Shown one piece after another: positions 38,990 through 50,274 of a stretch of DNA of 64,000 nt (positions are counted from its first letter, which is position 1; each line of letters opens with the position of its first letter). The position numbers and the translations under genes were made by a program. This stretch comes from Stegostoma tigrinum (lineage: Eukaryota). The stretch spans positions 33,924,620 to 33,988,619 of the forward strand of contig NC_081382.1 in NCBI RefSeq assembly GCF_030684315.1. The letters run 5' to 3'. A model generated the notes under the pieces. That model made no database searches. It worked only from the letters and a program-made list of their open reading frames with translations, and had not been told where the DNA came from.

Positions 38990-39082
38990 GCGAGCCTGAC
39001 CGGATACCTTTTTTTAACGCGCAGGAAAGCAGCAAGCCATCTCCGTTTTGTCCGCGAACGGGTGCGGGGAAGGGAAGCGAAA
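38990..39082 (+). other. KYAT1: Putative non-coding first exon of KYAT1 (start approximate; alternative donor at 39276)
   Basis: GTGAGT donor at 39083 inside the CpG region. The coding exon at 45292 has an acceptor, so an upstream exon is needed. Confidence 0.5.
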
Positions 39083-39712
39083 GTGAGTGTGTAACACCTC
39101 TTTGAGTCCGGTGTGCCGCACGCTGTTGGGTCCTGGACGAAGGATCCGCCCAGTTGATGTGTTCCCCGAGAGCAAGGTCCGCCCTTCGAGCTGCGTCATA
39201 CTGCGGCTCCCAACCGAGAAGACAGCGAAGTTGGGGACGTTGACATCAATCAATTCGGCTGGTCTCAGTTTCCTGAGTGAGTGAGAGAGAAAAAAGAAGT
39301 GAGACCCAATTGACAGTACGTGAAAAATTGAAAGGAGAGAAGAATAGGAAAAAAATACAAATAGAAGACAGTTAAGAGTCCGAAGGGCAGTTTGACTGAT
39401 AACGTAAATGCCTTGAAGTTTCTAGATGTCAGACCCACCGCTCTAACGGGCACGGTTGTTGGTTTTTTTGTCTAAAGGGATTTTATTTTAAATAGTGGTT
39501 TTAATACTTTTTAAAGTATTTTCTTTTTCTTTCGATAGCAGAGTGTGGGAGCTGCCACCTGTGATAGGAGATACAACGTGAGAGAATAAGTTTTGGGGTA
39601 ACATGTTTGGCAGCATCTGCGGTGAAAGAACACTCCTAAACATTCGAGTAATTAAAACCAAGAACTGCGGATGCTGGAAATCTGAAACAAAAACAAATTG
39701 GCGGAGAAACTG

Positions 39713-41925
39713 TGACGTTTCGGGCCGAGACCCTTCATCAGAGAGGGGGATGGGGTGAGGGTTCTGGAATAAATAGGGAGAGAGGGAGAGGCGGACCGAA
39801 CATGGAGAGAAAAGAAGATAGGTGGAGAGGAGAGTATAGGTGGGGACGTAGGGAGGGGATAGGTCAGTCCAGGGAAGACGGACAGGTCAAGGAGGTGGGA
39901 TGAGGTTAGTAGGTAGGAGATGGAGGTGCGGCTTGGGGTGGGAGAGAGGAAGAACAGGTTAGGGAGGCAGAGACAGGCTGGACTGGTTTTGGGATGCAGT
40001 GGGTGGAGGGGAAGAGCTGGGCTGGTTGTGTGGTGCAGTGGGGGGAGGGGACGAACTGGGCTGGTTTTGGGATGCGGTGGGGGAAGGGGAGATTTTGAAG
40101 CTGGTGAAGTCCACATTGATACCATTGGGCCGCAGGGTTCCCAAGCGGAATATGAGTTGCTGTTCCTGCAACCTTCGGGTGGCATCATTGTGGCACTGCA
40201 GGAGGCCCATGATGGACATGTCATCTAAAGAATGGGAGGGGGAGTGGAAATGGTTTGCGACTGGGAGGTGCAGTTGTTTATTACGAACTGAGCGGAGGTG
40301 TTCTGCAAAGCGGTCCCCAAGCCTCCGCTTGGTTTCCCCAATGTAGAGGAAGCCACACCGGGTACAATGGATACAGTATACCACATTGGCAGATGTGCAG
40401 GTGAACCTCTGCTTAATATGGAAAGTCATCTTGGAGCCTGGGATAGGGGTGAGAGAGGAGGTGCGGGGGCAAGTGTAGCATTTCCTGCGGTTGCAGGGGA
40501 AGGTGCCGGGTGTGGTGGGGTTGGAGAGCAGTGTGGAGCGAACAAGGGAGTCACGGAGAGAGTGGTCTCTCCAGAAAGCAGACAGGGGTGGGGATGGAAA
40601 AATGTCTTGGGTGGTGGGGTCGGATTGTAGATGGCGGAAGTGTCGGAGAATGATGCGTTGTATCCGGAGGTTGGTAGGGTGGTGTGTGAGAACGAGGGAG
40701 ATCCTCTTTGGGCGGTTGTGGCGGGGGCGGGGTGTGAGGGATGTGTTGCGGGAAATGCAGGAGACGTGGTCAAGGGCGTTCTCGACCACTGTGGGGGGAA
40801 AAGTTGTGTCCTTGAGGAACTTGGACATCTGGGATGTGTGGGAGTGGAATGCCTCATTGTGGGAGCAGATCAGATGCAGCGGAGGCGGAGGAATTGGGAA
40901 TAGGGGATGGAATTTTTGCAGGAGGGTGGGTGGGAGGAGGTATATTTTAGGTAGCTGTGAGAGTCGGTGGGCTTGAAATAAACAACCGGTTGGTGAAGTG
41001 GATGAACTGTTCGAGCTCCTCTGGGGAGCAAGAGGCGGTGCCGATACAGTCATCAATGTAACGGAGGAAGAGGTGGGGTTTGGGGCCTGTGTATGTGTGG
41101 AAGAGGGACTGTTCCACATAACCTACAAACAGGCAGGCATAGCTGGGGCCCATGCAGGCACCCATGGCCACCCCCTTTGTCTGTAGGAAGTGGGAGGAAT
41201 TGAAGGAGAAGTTGTTGAGGGTGAGGACGGGTTTGGCTAGGTGGATGAGGGTGTCGGTGGAGGGGGACTGGTCGGGCCTGCAGGACAGGAAGAAGCGGAG
41301 TGCCTTGAGGCCATCTGCATGCGGAATACAGGTGTTTAGGGACTGGACGTCCATGGTGAAAATGAGGTGTTGGGGGCCAGGGAATTGGAAGTTCTGGAGG
41401 AGGTGGAGGGTGTGGGTGCTGTCACGGACATAGGTAGGGAGTTCCTGGACCAAAGGGGAGGAAATGGAGTCCAGATAGATGGAGATGAGTTCGTTGGGGC
41501 AGGAACAGGCTGAGACAATGGGTCGACCAGGGCAGGCAGGTTTGTGGATTTTGGGAAGGAGATAGAAGCGGGCCGTGCGGGGTTGGGGAACAGAGGTTGG
41601 AGGCTGTGGGTGGGAGGTCCCCTGAGGTGATGAGATCATGAATGGTGTTGGAGATGATGGTTTGGGGCTCAGGGGTGGGGACATGATCGAGGGGGCGGTA
41701 GGAGGAGGTGTCGGAGAGTTGGCGTTTGGCCTCGGCGATGTAGAGGTCAGTGTGCCATACTACCATTGCGCCACCCTTGTCTGCGGGTTTGATGGTGAGG
41801 TTGGGGTTGGAGCGGAGGCCTGCCCGTTCTGCAGGGGAGAGGTTGGAGTGGGTGAGGGGGGTGGAGAGGTTGAGGCGGTTCATGTCTCGACGGCAGTTGG
41901 AGACGAAGAGGTCGAGGGAGGGTGA
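39713..41925 (-). mobile_element. PLE family A, long arm of a large fold-back (RT + GIY-YIG, frameshifted)
   Basis: ORFs give IKPADKGGA, FYLLPKIHK..PGRPIVS, TMDVQSL, QTKGVAMG, LRYIDD (PLE RT) and VVYCIHC..LYIGET (EN). Confidence 0.95.
39714..39741 (-). ncRNA. Minimal hammerhead core
   Basis: - strand CTGATGA-agggtctcggccc-GAAA-cg-TC. Confidence 0.7.
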
Positions 41926-43367
41926 CCTCTCCAGCACATCCCTCACCCTCCTGGACCTCTCAGTCTCCATCTCAGGCAACCAGCTTGTAACTGATGTCCA
42001 TTTCAAGCCCACCGATTCCCACAGCTACCTAGAATACACCTCCTCCCACCCACCCTCCTGCAAAAATTCCATCCCCTATTCCCAATTCCTCCGCCTCTGC
42101 CACATCTGCTCCCACGATGAGGCATTGCACTCCCGCACATCCCAGATGTCCAAGTTCCTCAAGGACGCAACTTTCTCCCCACAGTGGTCGAGAACGCCCT
42201 TGACCGCGTCTCCTGCATTTCCCGCAACACATCCCTCACACCCCGCCCCCGCCACAACCGCCCAAAGAGGATCCCCCTCGTTCTCACACACCACCCCACC
42301 AACCTCCGGATACAACGCATCACCCTCCGACACTTTCGCCATCTACAATCCGACCCCACCACCCAAGACATTTTTCCATCCCCACCCTTGTCTGCTTTCC
42401 GGAGAGACCACTCTCCGTGACTCCCTTGTTCACTCCACACTGCCCTCCAACCCCACCGCACCCGGCACCTTCCCCTGCAACCGCAGGAAATGCTACACTT
42501 GCCCCCGCATCTCCTCCCTCACCCCTATCCCAGGCTCCAAGATGACTTTCCATATTAAGCAGAGGTTCACCTGCACATCTGCCAATGTGGTATACTGTAT
42601 CCATTGTACCCGGTGTGGCTTCCTCTACATTGGGGAAACCAAGCGGAGGCTTGGGGACTGCTTTGCAGAACACCTCTGCTCGGTTCGCGATAAACAACTG
42701 CACCTCCCAGTCGCGAACTATTTCCACTCCCCCTCCCATTCTTTAGATGACATGTCCATCATGGGCCTCCTGCAGTGCCACAATGATGCCACCCGAAGGT
42801 TGCAGGAACAGCAACTCATATTCCGCTTGGGAACCCTGCAGCCCAATGGTATCAATGTGGACTTCACCAGCTTCAAAATCTCCCCTTCCCCCACCGCATC
42901 CCAAAATCAGCCCAGTTCGTCCCCTCCCCCCACTGCACCACACAACCAGCCCAGCTCTTCCCCTCCACCCACTGCATCCCAAAACCAGTCCAACCTGTCT
43001 CTGCTTGCCTAACCTGTTCTTCCTCTCACCCATCCCTTCCTCCCACCCCAAGCCGCACCTCCATCTACCTACTAACCTCATCCCACCTCCTTGATCTGTC
43101 CGTCTTCCCTGGACTGACCTATCCCCTCCCTACGTCCCCACCTATACTCTCCTCTCCACCTATCTTCTTTTCTCTCCATGTTCGGTCCGCCTCTCCCTCT
43201 CTCCCTATTTATTCCAGAACCCTCACCCCATCCCCCTCTCTGATGAAGGGTCTCGGCCCGAAACGTCAGCTTTTGTGCTGCTGAGATGCTGCTGGGCCTG
43301 CTGTGTTCATCCAGCCTCACATTTTATTATTTTGGATTCTCCAGCATCTGCAGTTCCCATTATCTCT
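41926..43367 (+). mobile_element. PLE family A, inverted second arm (RT thumb + GIY-YIG + complete 3' end)
   Basis: LDLSVS...FKPTDSHSYLEYTSSHP...IPYSQFLRL; 42000-43268 is the near-exact reverse complement of 39713-40978. Confidence 0.95.
43240..43267 (+). ncRNA. Minimal hammerhead core, sense to the KYAT1 pre-mRNA
   Basis: CTGATGA-agggtctcggccc-GAAA-cg-TC. Confidence 0.72.
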
Positions 43368-44069
43368 GATACAAAATATTAAAGATATTCAGGATTCCAG
43401 TTAGCATCTAAAGATAACAGACAAATAGTGATATTTTTCCTGTGTTGCCTTCAGTCTGATAACAGCTATAAAGTCTGATTGAGTTATTTGAGGTCATTCA
43501 TGTAACAAAGTCATTTGTCAATCCAGTCAGTGGAGAAGAAGAAAGAAACCATTGTTGATTGTGAAGATTGATGACACTGAGAATCATGATTTCATCAGAG
43601 GAGAATTTAGTGATACAAGACTCCATTTTGTTGGATGGAAAGTAAAGTTCTAAAAAAATTATTCAGGTTATTGCAGTGGTTGAGATGGTTGACAAACTTA
43701 GCTGTATAATTTCTATCCACAGGTACTTTATTTGAAATTGGGTCATTGTTGCATGTCATAGTAAACGGCAGAAGTGTTGAAATAACTAAGTACAAGGTAT
43801 TTTTGCATAAGGTTAAAATGATATGTTAATAACAGCTTGTATTTATATTGTGTCTTTAAAGTAGAAAAACTGTTTGACGTGTGCGCTATTCCCTATTGGA
43901 GGCCAAAAATCAGCTGGCTGCATTCATTCCTCTTTTCAGGAAATAACGCTTCTTGATATTCAATATCAACTAATGATATAATACATAGGGTTCATTCTCT
44001 TCAGCTTTTTGTTGCATTATACCTTCATTTTTCATTCACTAATGTTCTGTCTGTTTATTACTTGTGTGT

Positions 44070-44400
44070 GCCAGCGTGGTTCAGTATTAGTATGCTTTCA
44101 TTTCTAGGAAGGTTTTTGGTTTAGACTCCTCTGCCTGACCTGAACACCTAATCCAGCTGGCACTTCATTGTATAACTGAGGGAGAACAGATTGTGAAGAA
44201 ATGCCAAATTTTAGATGAGTCATTAACTGAACTTCATCTGCCTATTTGAGTGGATGTTAGAGATCCTATATTACTCTTCAGAAAAGAGTTGGAGAGATTT
44301 GCCAATGTCTTGATCAAAATCTATTCCTCAAAAACCACCATATGAAAGGAATAACCAGTTCTTATCATTGCGTGTGTTTGTGCAAATTTACTGCCAGGTT
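44070..44400 (+). mobile_element. Decayed DeuSINE-like element
   Basis: tRNA-like head then actgagggag...gatgagtcattaa...gtggatgttagagatcc...gaaaagag, the Deu-domain pattern. Confidence 0.55.
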
Positions 44401-45297
44401 CATTGACATTCCAGCAGCAGCTTCAGAAGTACCTGTGGTCAATAAGGATTGGCACAGTGTTTTCATATCTCTTATGTATCCATTTTATAGCAGGTATTCT
44501 GTACTTTGTAATAATCAATTTCAACTGATATGTGGATTGCTGACTAGATCTGCTGACTTCTGCAACAGTGTAGCAAACACAATACCAGCTCTGCCATGTG
44601 TTACATAAAATTTTGCATCACAGGAACAGGCCATTCTGACCACTGATCCAGTTTCCTCCCATTTGACATCATTTCAGCCAATTAGAATACCCTATTAATT
44701 TTTTCCTTGTGCTTAACTAGCTTTCCTTTAAATGCATGAGCTGTTCGTTGGTGGCAAGTTCTACATCTCCACTATCGTCCTTCATTAAAAAAAATCATTT
44801 ACATTTCTTATTTGATTTATTAGTAAATTTATGTTCCCGAGTTTTAAACTTTGCTACAAGTGGAAACATCTGTAAATTAGCCCTATCAAACTCACCTCTC
44901 AGTCATAGTGAAAAGAGCCCTGCCTGTTTTATTTATCCTAATAGTTATAACATCTTAGTTATTGAATCTGTATGATTTTTAGGCACTTTTTTCCAACGTC
45001 TCTATATCTGTTTTTCTTAGTACAGACAGACCTTCACCTGTGATCTAACTAAGGATTTGTTGAAGTTTAATGTTACCTCATTACTTTTGAATTTTGTTCT
45101 TTAGACAGGAATCCCATTGCCCTGTGAAATTTTGTTTCTTTCATGCAGGAATGTTCAGACTTTTGTTTTGATTCATGCCTTGATCATGTACAAGATATAA
45201 TTTCATTTATTTGTTATAGTTTATTGTTTTTCATTATTTATGTGCTTGAATTTGACAATTGTAAATAAAATCTGTTATCTGCACTGTTTAGGTAACA

Positions 45298-45350
45298 ATG
45301 TCCCGGCAGATACATTCGCGGAGAATTGAAGGATTAGACAAGAATATTTG
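45298..45350 (+). CDS. KYAT1: Kynurenine aminotransferase 1 (cysteine conjugate beta-lyase), first coding exon (exon begins 45292)
   Basis: tgtttag|gtaacaATG; translates MSRQIHSRRIEGLDKNI(W); 53 coding nt then GTAAAT donor, phase 2, in frame with the next exon. Resembles the KYAT1 N-terminus. Confidence 0.85.
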
Positions 45351-46649
45351 GTAAATTAATGTTTTGGCTACAGGAGAAATTTACTGACTGTAAGAAGGCA
45401 TTGAGGAATCTTGTCTATTGCTAGATATCAGTTGTGATTCGATACAATTTGCCATGGCCATGGCAAGATTCTTCACATTATCTACTCTGAGTACTTATAA
45501 AGTGAGGGTGAATTTGTGAAATCCCCTACAATTTCACATCTCAGTTTTGGTTAAAATAACTTTACAGTTGCTTCAAATTTGTTTTACAAAAGAAAAGTCT
45601 TAATTTGCATGAAAGTGGACTTTCAGCACTTGTTCTTTGACCATAGTGCCCTTAGTCATTCTTTGTACAAATGCTGGTAAACATGTCAGCAGGAACGGGA
45701 ATGGGACATTGTGGCATCAGTCAGTATTCCATGTTGATCTGATGCAAATAGCTCAATGGTCTACTGCATGCTCTCACTTAAGTTTGCATGTTGAACATAC
45801 ATTGAACAGCAGGGAGGATCCCTACCAGCACTATTTAAAGGGATCACCAAACATTCACAGCTGACGACCCTTTGCCATTTCAAGGCTTTTATGTAAACCT
45901 GTTCCTCCAGGCATAGCCACATGAATGGGAACGCCCCTTGATATTGAGCATGACTGGGAAAATGAGAAGAGGATATGTGGAGCAGGACAAGATGCTAGAA
46001 TAGGGTGATGGGCTCTCAGGAAGTGGCCTTTCCTCACAGCGTCCATAGGTAGCAATTTTCCTACCTGATCCTCAGCCAGAAGCAGTATGGACATCTGCAT
46101 TTCTCCAGGGTAGTATTCTCTGAAGTCTGCCAAGGTGCCATGACTGCAGCCACAGAGGCAAAGGCCAAGTGGCCTGTGAATGTGACGGCACCTGTGATAA
46201 TAAACTTTTCTATATCTTCTTCCAAGCTAGTGCTGGAGATAGTAGCACAACTTCACAATTTGCTGTTCATTGTTTTTAAGGGGACTGTCTATTCAAAATG
46301 AGTTAATTTCATTTTCTCTTATCAAAGACAAGTGGAATGAGCTCTTGATTTACTCAGGTTGCAGCTTTCTTCATTTTGCAGTATTGCATTGACTGCACCC
46401 ACATTACTTTCCAGATTCCCAGTACCTGCACCACCCAGAATGTACCTCCGAGTTTAGAGAACAGGCTGGCTTTAAACAATGCAGTATATCTTTAAGAAGT
46501 GCTAACATGTATCAGCTTTGATCTATTGATCTTTGCAACCAGCCAACACTGTGATACTATGCTGCCTGTATTTCTACTGAATGGATGCTGGTAAATTGTG
46601 CCTTTTTTCAGCCATTACCTAATTTAGCTCCCAGTATACTTCAAGGGTT

Positions 46650-46745
46650 GTTGTGGCACAATGGTAGTATCCCTATGGACTAGAAGGACCAGGTTCAAAT
46701 CCCACCTGCTCCAGAGATATGTTATAACATCTCTGAACAGTGATG
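46650..46745 (+). mobile_element. tRNA-derived SINE head
   Basis: A-box-like gtggcacaatgg and B-box ggttcaaatccc. Confidence 0.55.
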
Positions 46746-46961
46746 CATGGGAAATATCCCCAGTAAGTTTCAAGTATCACAGAGGATGCTGCAATTGTTG
46801 TGGCCTTTGGCAAGATACAAAAGGAAGTGATTCTGTCAATTTTTGTAAAGCAGAGAAAAATCTGATATTTTGTTTACTTTGACTGCTCTTGAACCTGTTG
46901 GCAGTCAGCTGCTAAGCAGAATTGCTAGTGATGCCTATTACCTTTATAGCAAGGCAGTTGT

Positions 46962-47146
46962 AATAACAGTGTGGAGCTGGAGGAACACAACAGGCCAGGC
47001 AGCATCAAAGGAACAGGAAAGTTGATGTTTCGGGTTGGGACCCTTCTTCAAGTGTTGCCTCTGATGTTGTCTGGCCTGCTGTGTTCCTCCAGCCCCACAC
47101 TATATGTTATCTCTGACTCCAGCATCGGCAGTTCTTACTATCTCTG
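46962..47146. mobile_element. Short fold-back PLE family A-related element with 14-bp TSD
   Basis: TSD agcaaggcagttgt (46948-46961) / agcaaggtagttgt (47147-47160); inverted arms. Confidence 0.85.
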
Positions 47147-47155
47147 AGCAAGGTA

Positions 47156-47185
47156 GTTGTGTTGTGTTGTGTTGTGTTGTATTGT
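47156..47185 (+). repeat. (GTTGT)n microsatellite
   Basis: Five perfect units then attgt; begins inside the right TSD. Confidence 0.9.
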
Positions 47186-47252
47186 ATCAGAGAAAGAGAT
47201 GTGGAAGCATCTAAAGAGAATTCTAATGTGTATTTATTTCCAACATTTTCAG

Positions 47253-47394
47253 GGTCGAATTTACACAGCTTGCTGCTGATCATGCAGTTGTCAACCTAGG
47301 GCAAGGATTTCCTGACTTCTCCCCTCCAAATTTTTTAAAAGATGCTTTCACGAGGGCCATAAATGGTGACTTCAACCAGTATACCAGGGCTTTT
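47253..47394 (+). CDS. KYAT1: KYAT1 coding exon 2
   Basis: ttttcag|G...TTT|gtaagt; (W)VEFTQLAADHAVVNLGQGFPDFSPPNFLKDAFTRAINGDFNQYTRAF; NLGQGFPD is the class I aminotransferase/KAT motif. Confidence 0.92.
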
Positions 47395-48159
47395 GTAAGT
47401 ATTTACTTTTAGTAATATATCAAAGAATGGGATTATTCAATGTACAGCAGTTATTGAATTAACTTAGAAGAACAATTTTAGTGTATTTTGATATCTTGAA
47501 TGGCTACTCCCAAAAGACATTTGTTTGTCCTGCTAGATTACTGGTCGTTAACACTGCTGAATGTTCATTATGATAACAAAATGTGCAGGGTTATGGAATC
47601 CTAAATGTAAGTTCTAACAATCCTCTGACTTTTTCATTGAGCCAAATGATTAAAAATCTCTTCTGCAGACTTTTTCAGTTGTTATTGACAAGCATTCATA
47701 CCCGACATTTTGAAATGGCTACTGGCTATGAGTTCTCCAACAGACAAGGTGGTAATGATGAATGGTAAGAAAGTACACCCCACCACTTGTCCAATCAATT
47801 ATGGCACTCTGCTGGATAATGTCGAGAAGATTCACAATCTGTTTTGAGTATATCTAGTGCACAATTACAGTCGGCCTGTGCAACATTGAGCTCAAGAGAT
47901 GTAAAAATCACCTGTTTCTGCTGTCTTTTCAATGGAAGGTGTGACTGAGTTGCACATCAGAATTAAGCTTTGCACATCTATAAATTACTGCCATTCACTG
48001 TTAAGATTCACAATTGAAGGATGGTCAGCAAGTGGCCAATACATACAAGAGTCATTACTAATAGGAATGATGGCTATGAAGTTTAAAAGAAAAATCTTTA
48101 AAGAGGAAAGAATCTAATGTTTTAACTAATCTTCTCTAGCTGTCCCTGCACTATTGTTT

Positions 48160-48760
48160 CATGTGTTAATCAAGGATCATTCCTTTATCTCTCCTATTTC
48201 TTATTTACTTGCTGTCTTCAGCAAGATCATCTGAAGTCATGCCATTTTTAGATTAGATTAGATTCCCTACAGTGTGGAACATTAATGACATTCAGTTCTA
48301 CTTCACCGCCATGTCTCTTGATTTCTCCATTGTTGCGGTATTATCAGACCGCTCATCCATTATCCGATGTTGGATGAACAGAAACTTCATCCATTTCTTT
48401 ATTAGGAAGACTGAAGCCATTGTTTTTGGTCTCAATTCTAACCTTATAGTTACTGACCCCATTCCTCTACCTGACAGCAATCTTAGATTAAGTTAACCTG
48501 TTTGCAATCTTGGTGTCGTATTTAATCTCAAAATGAGCTTCCAACCTCATAGTTGTGCCATCATGAAAATTACCTATTTCTACCTTCATAGCACAGCCTC
48601 TGTCTCAGCTCACCTGTTGCTGAAACCCACATTCATGCATTTCTTACTTCTAAACGTGACTATTCAAATGCATTCCCCTGCTCTAATTTTGATGTCTTGT
48701 GCATATTCAATATTAAATGCTTCACCTTGGTGACTGTGCCTTCAGTTGCCGTGCCCCATG
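48160..48760 (+). mobile_element. L2 LINE RT fragment
   Basis: NDIQFYF...WMNRNFIHFFIRKTEAIVFG matches L2 DDTQLY...WM..NFL.LN..KTE. Confidence 0.7.
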
Positions 48761-50274
48761 TTCTAGCTCTTCTGTCCACAAAACAAGTCAGGTTAAAAAT
48801 TCCCTCATCAATGACCATACACATTTCTCACGCATCTCTTTGGATGATGTTCTTTTTCTTTTCTGATCTGTTCTCTATGTTTTTTCCCATCCCAAAATGG
48901 AAAGGCGCTTTTTTAGTATACAGGTGCGATGATACAACATAAATGCCCTAATCATAAATTCAGCTTACTAGTAGGAAATCCTTTTTATCTTGTTTTAAGT
49001 ATCTCAGAGTAGATTTCCCAATAACAACTTGAGTATGAGATCAAAGTCATTAAAGTGTAGACACCTTGATTTATTGCAGATCAATGAATATATATCAATA
49101 AAGCTAAGTGTCTTATTTATTTTAAAAGTGATGTAAAATTTCAGTCAGCAAATCATAAATGCATATATTTGATTCTTTATATCTTATTCTATATCTTGCA
49201 CAGGTTTCCCAACATATGTTTTCACACTAACTATTTTTTCCTATGTTTAATTACCTCCACTGTCTCAGCTCTACCCATTTCTGTCACCTTCTTCTGCTTT
49301 GAAGGCAGCTTCGAAACAATCAAAATAATTTTTAATATTTTTGTCTAAAATGCCGCCACAGGTTGACTGGTTGTGTCCCTGACATTGTAATTATATTGAC
49401 ACCCACTGTGTCTCGGTCTCTGTAACAATCTACAGGCTGCAGTCCACATTTACACTGGTTGACTGCTCAGGCGTCTGTTCCAAGCAGCATCAATCCTCAT
49501 TGTGTTACATGGGCAGTGCAATCTTGGTTCCTGACATCCCCTGTCGCATTTCAGTGACTTAGCACTGTGAATCTGTGCATGCACAATCATGTTGCCATTT
49601 AATAAACACCATCTCTTGACTGAGTTTTTGGTTTCTGCTCCAAATCTCTCCTTTACTTTTATGCCTAATTGAGGAATCTCAACATTTTTTTTTCTACTTT
49701 GAAAACATGATATAACTATGGTATAGATGGCATGCTTAAGAAACAGCCTCATTGGTCTTTCAATAACGACTGTTTGTTTATTTTTATGTTTTTATTTTTT
49801 TCTTTCCTGTTGCTGTTCTAGTTCTGGCAATGCTTCAGAACTACTGGCTTGTGATTTCATGCCCACAGACATAAGGCACATGACCACCTGAGAGGCATAA
49901 GTACAAGTGACCATATTATGACAGCCAATGGTCAAAATGTATAGGAGTTATGGTTACAATAGAAATGGTAGTGTTTATGGTAATAGGCTAGTAAACGGGA
50001 GATCAATTTTCAAGCAGTTGCGAAAAAGATCACTTGGGAGCCCAATCAGGAACAAATCACCTTTGAAGATGGATTACTAGAAAACCTATCTAATTCACTA
50101 ATGAATTTCATGGAGGGGAAGCTGTCACTCAGTTGTAATCCCTCTAAAGTGACTTAACAAGTTGTAAAATAAAAGGGATCTGGTGATATGAGCAATACAG
50201 GTTTTTTTGTTTCTGTTGCCCATATCCTAAATAAAATTGACTCTGACTTCTGCTTACACAACTGACAAATTGAC

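Larger units (their letters stand above)
38640..39300. promoter_or_regulatory. CpG-rich bidirectional promoter region
   Basis: The only non-repeat CpG-dense stretch in the window. Outward-facing splice donors lie on both sides: - strand gag|gtgagc at 38716/38715; + strand aaa|gtgagt at 39082/39083 and tga|gtgagt at 39276/39277. Confidence 0.8.

Noticed and set aside
39959-42012. Autonomous, active Penelope copy
   Set aside because: Several frameshifts, an internal thumb deletion and 5' truncation.
41750-43012. 420-aa ORF as an intact novel protein
   Set aside because: It is a chance read-through across the inversion junction (antisense RT, then thumb, an off-frame stretch and EN); not a functional gene.
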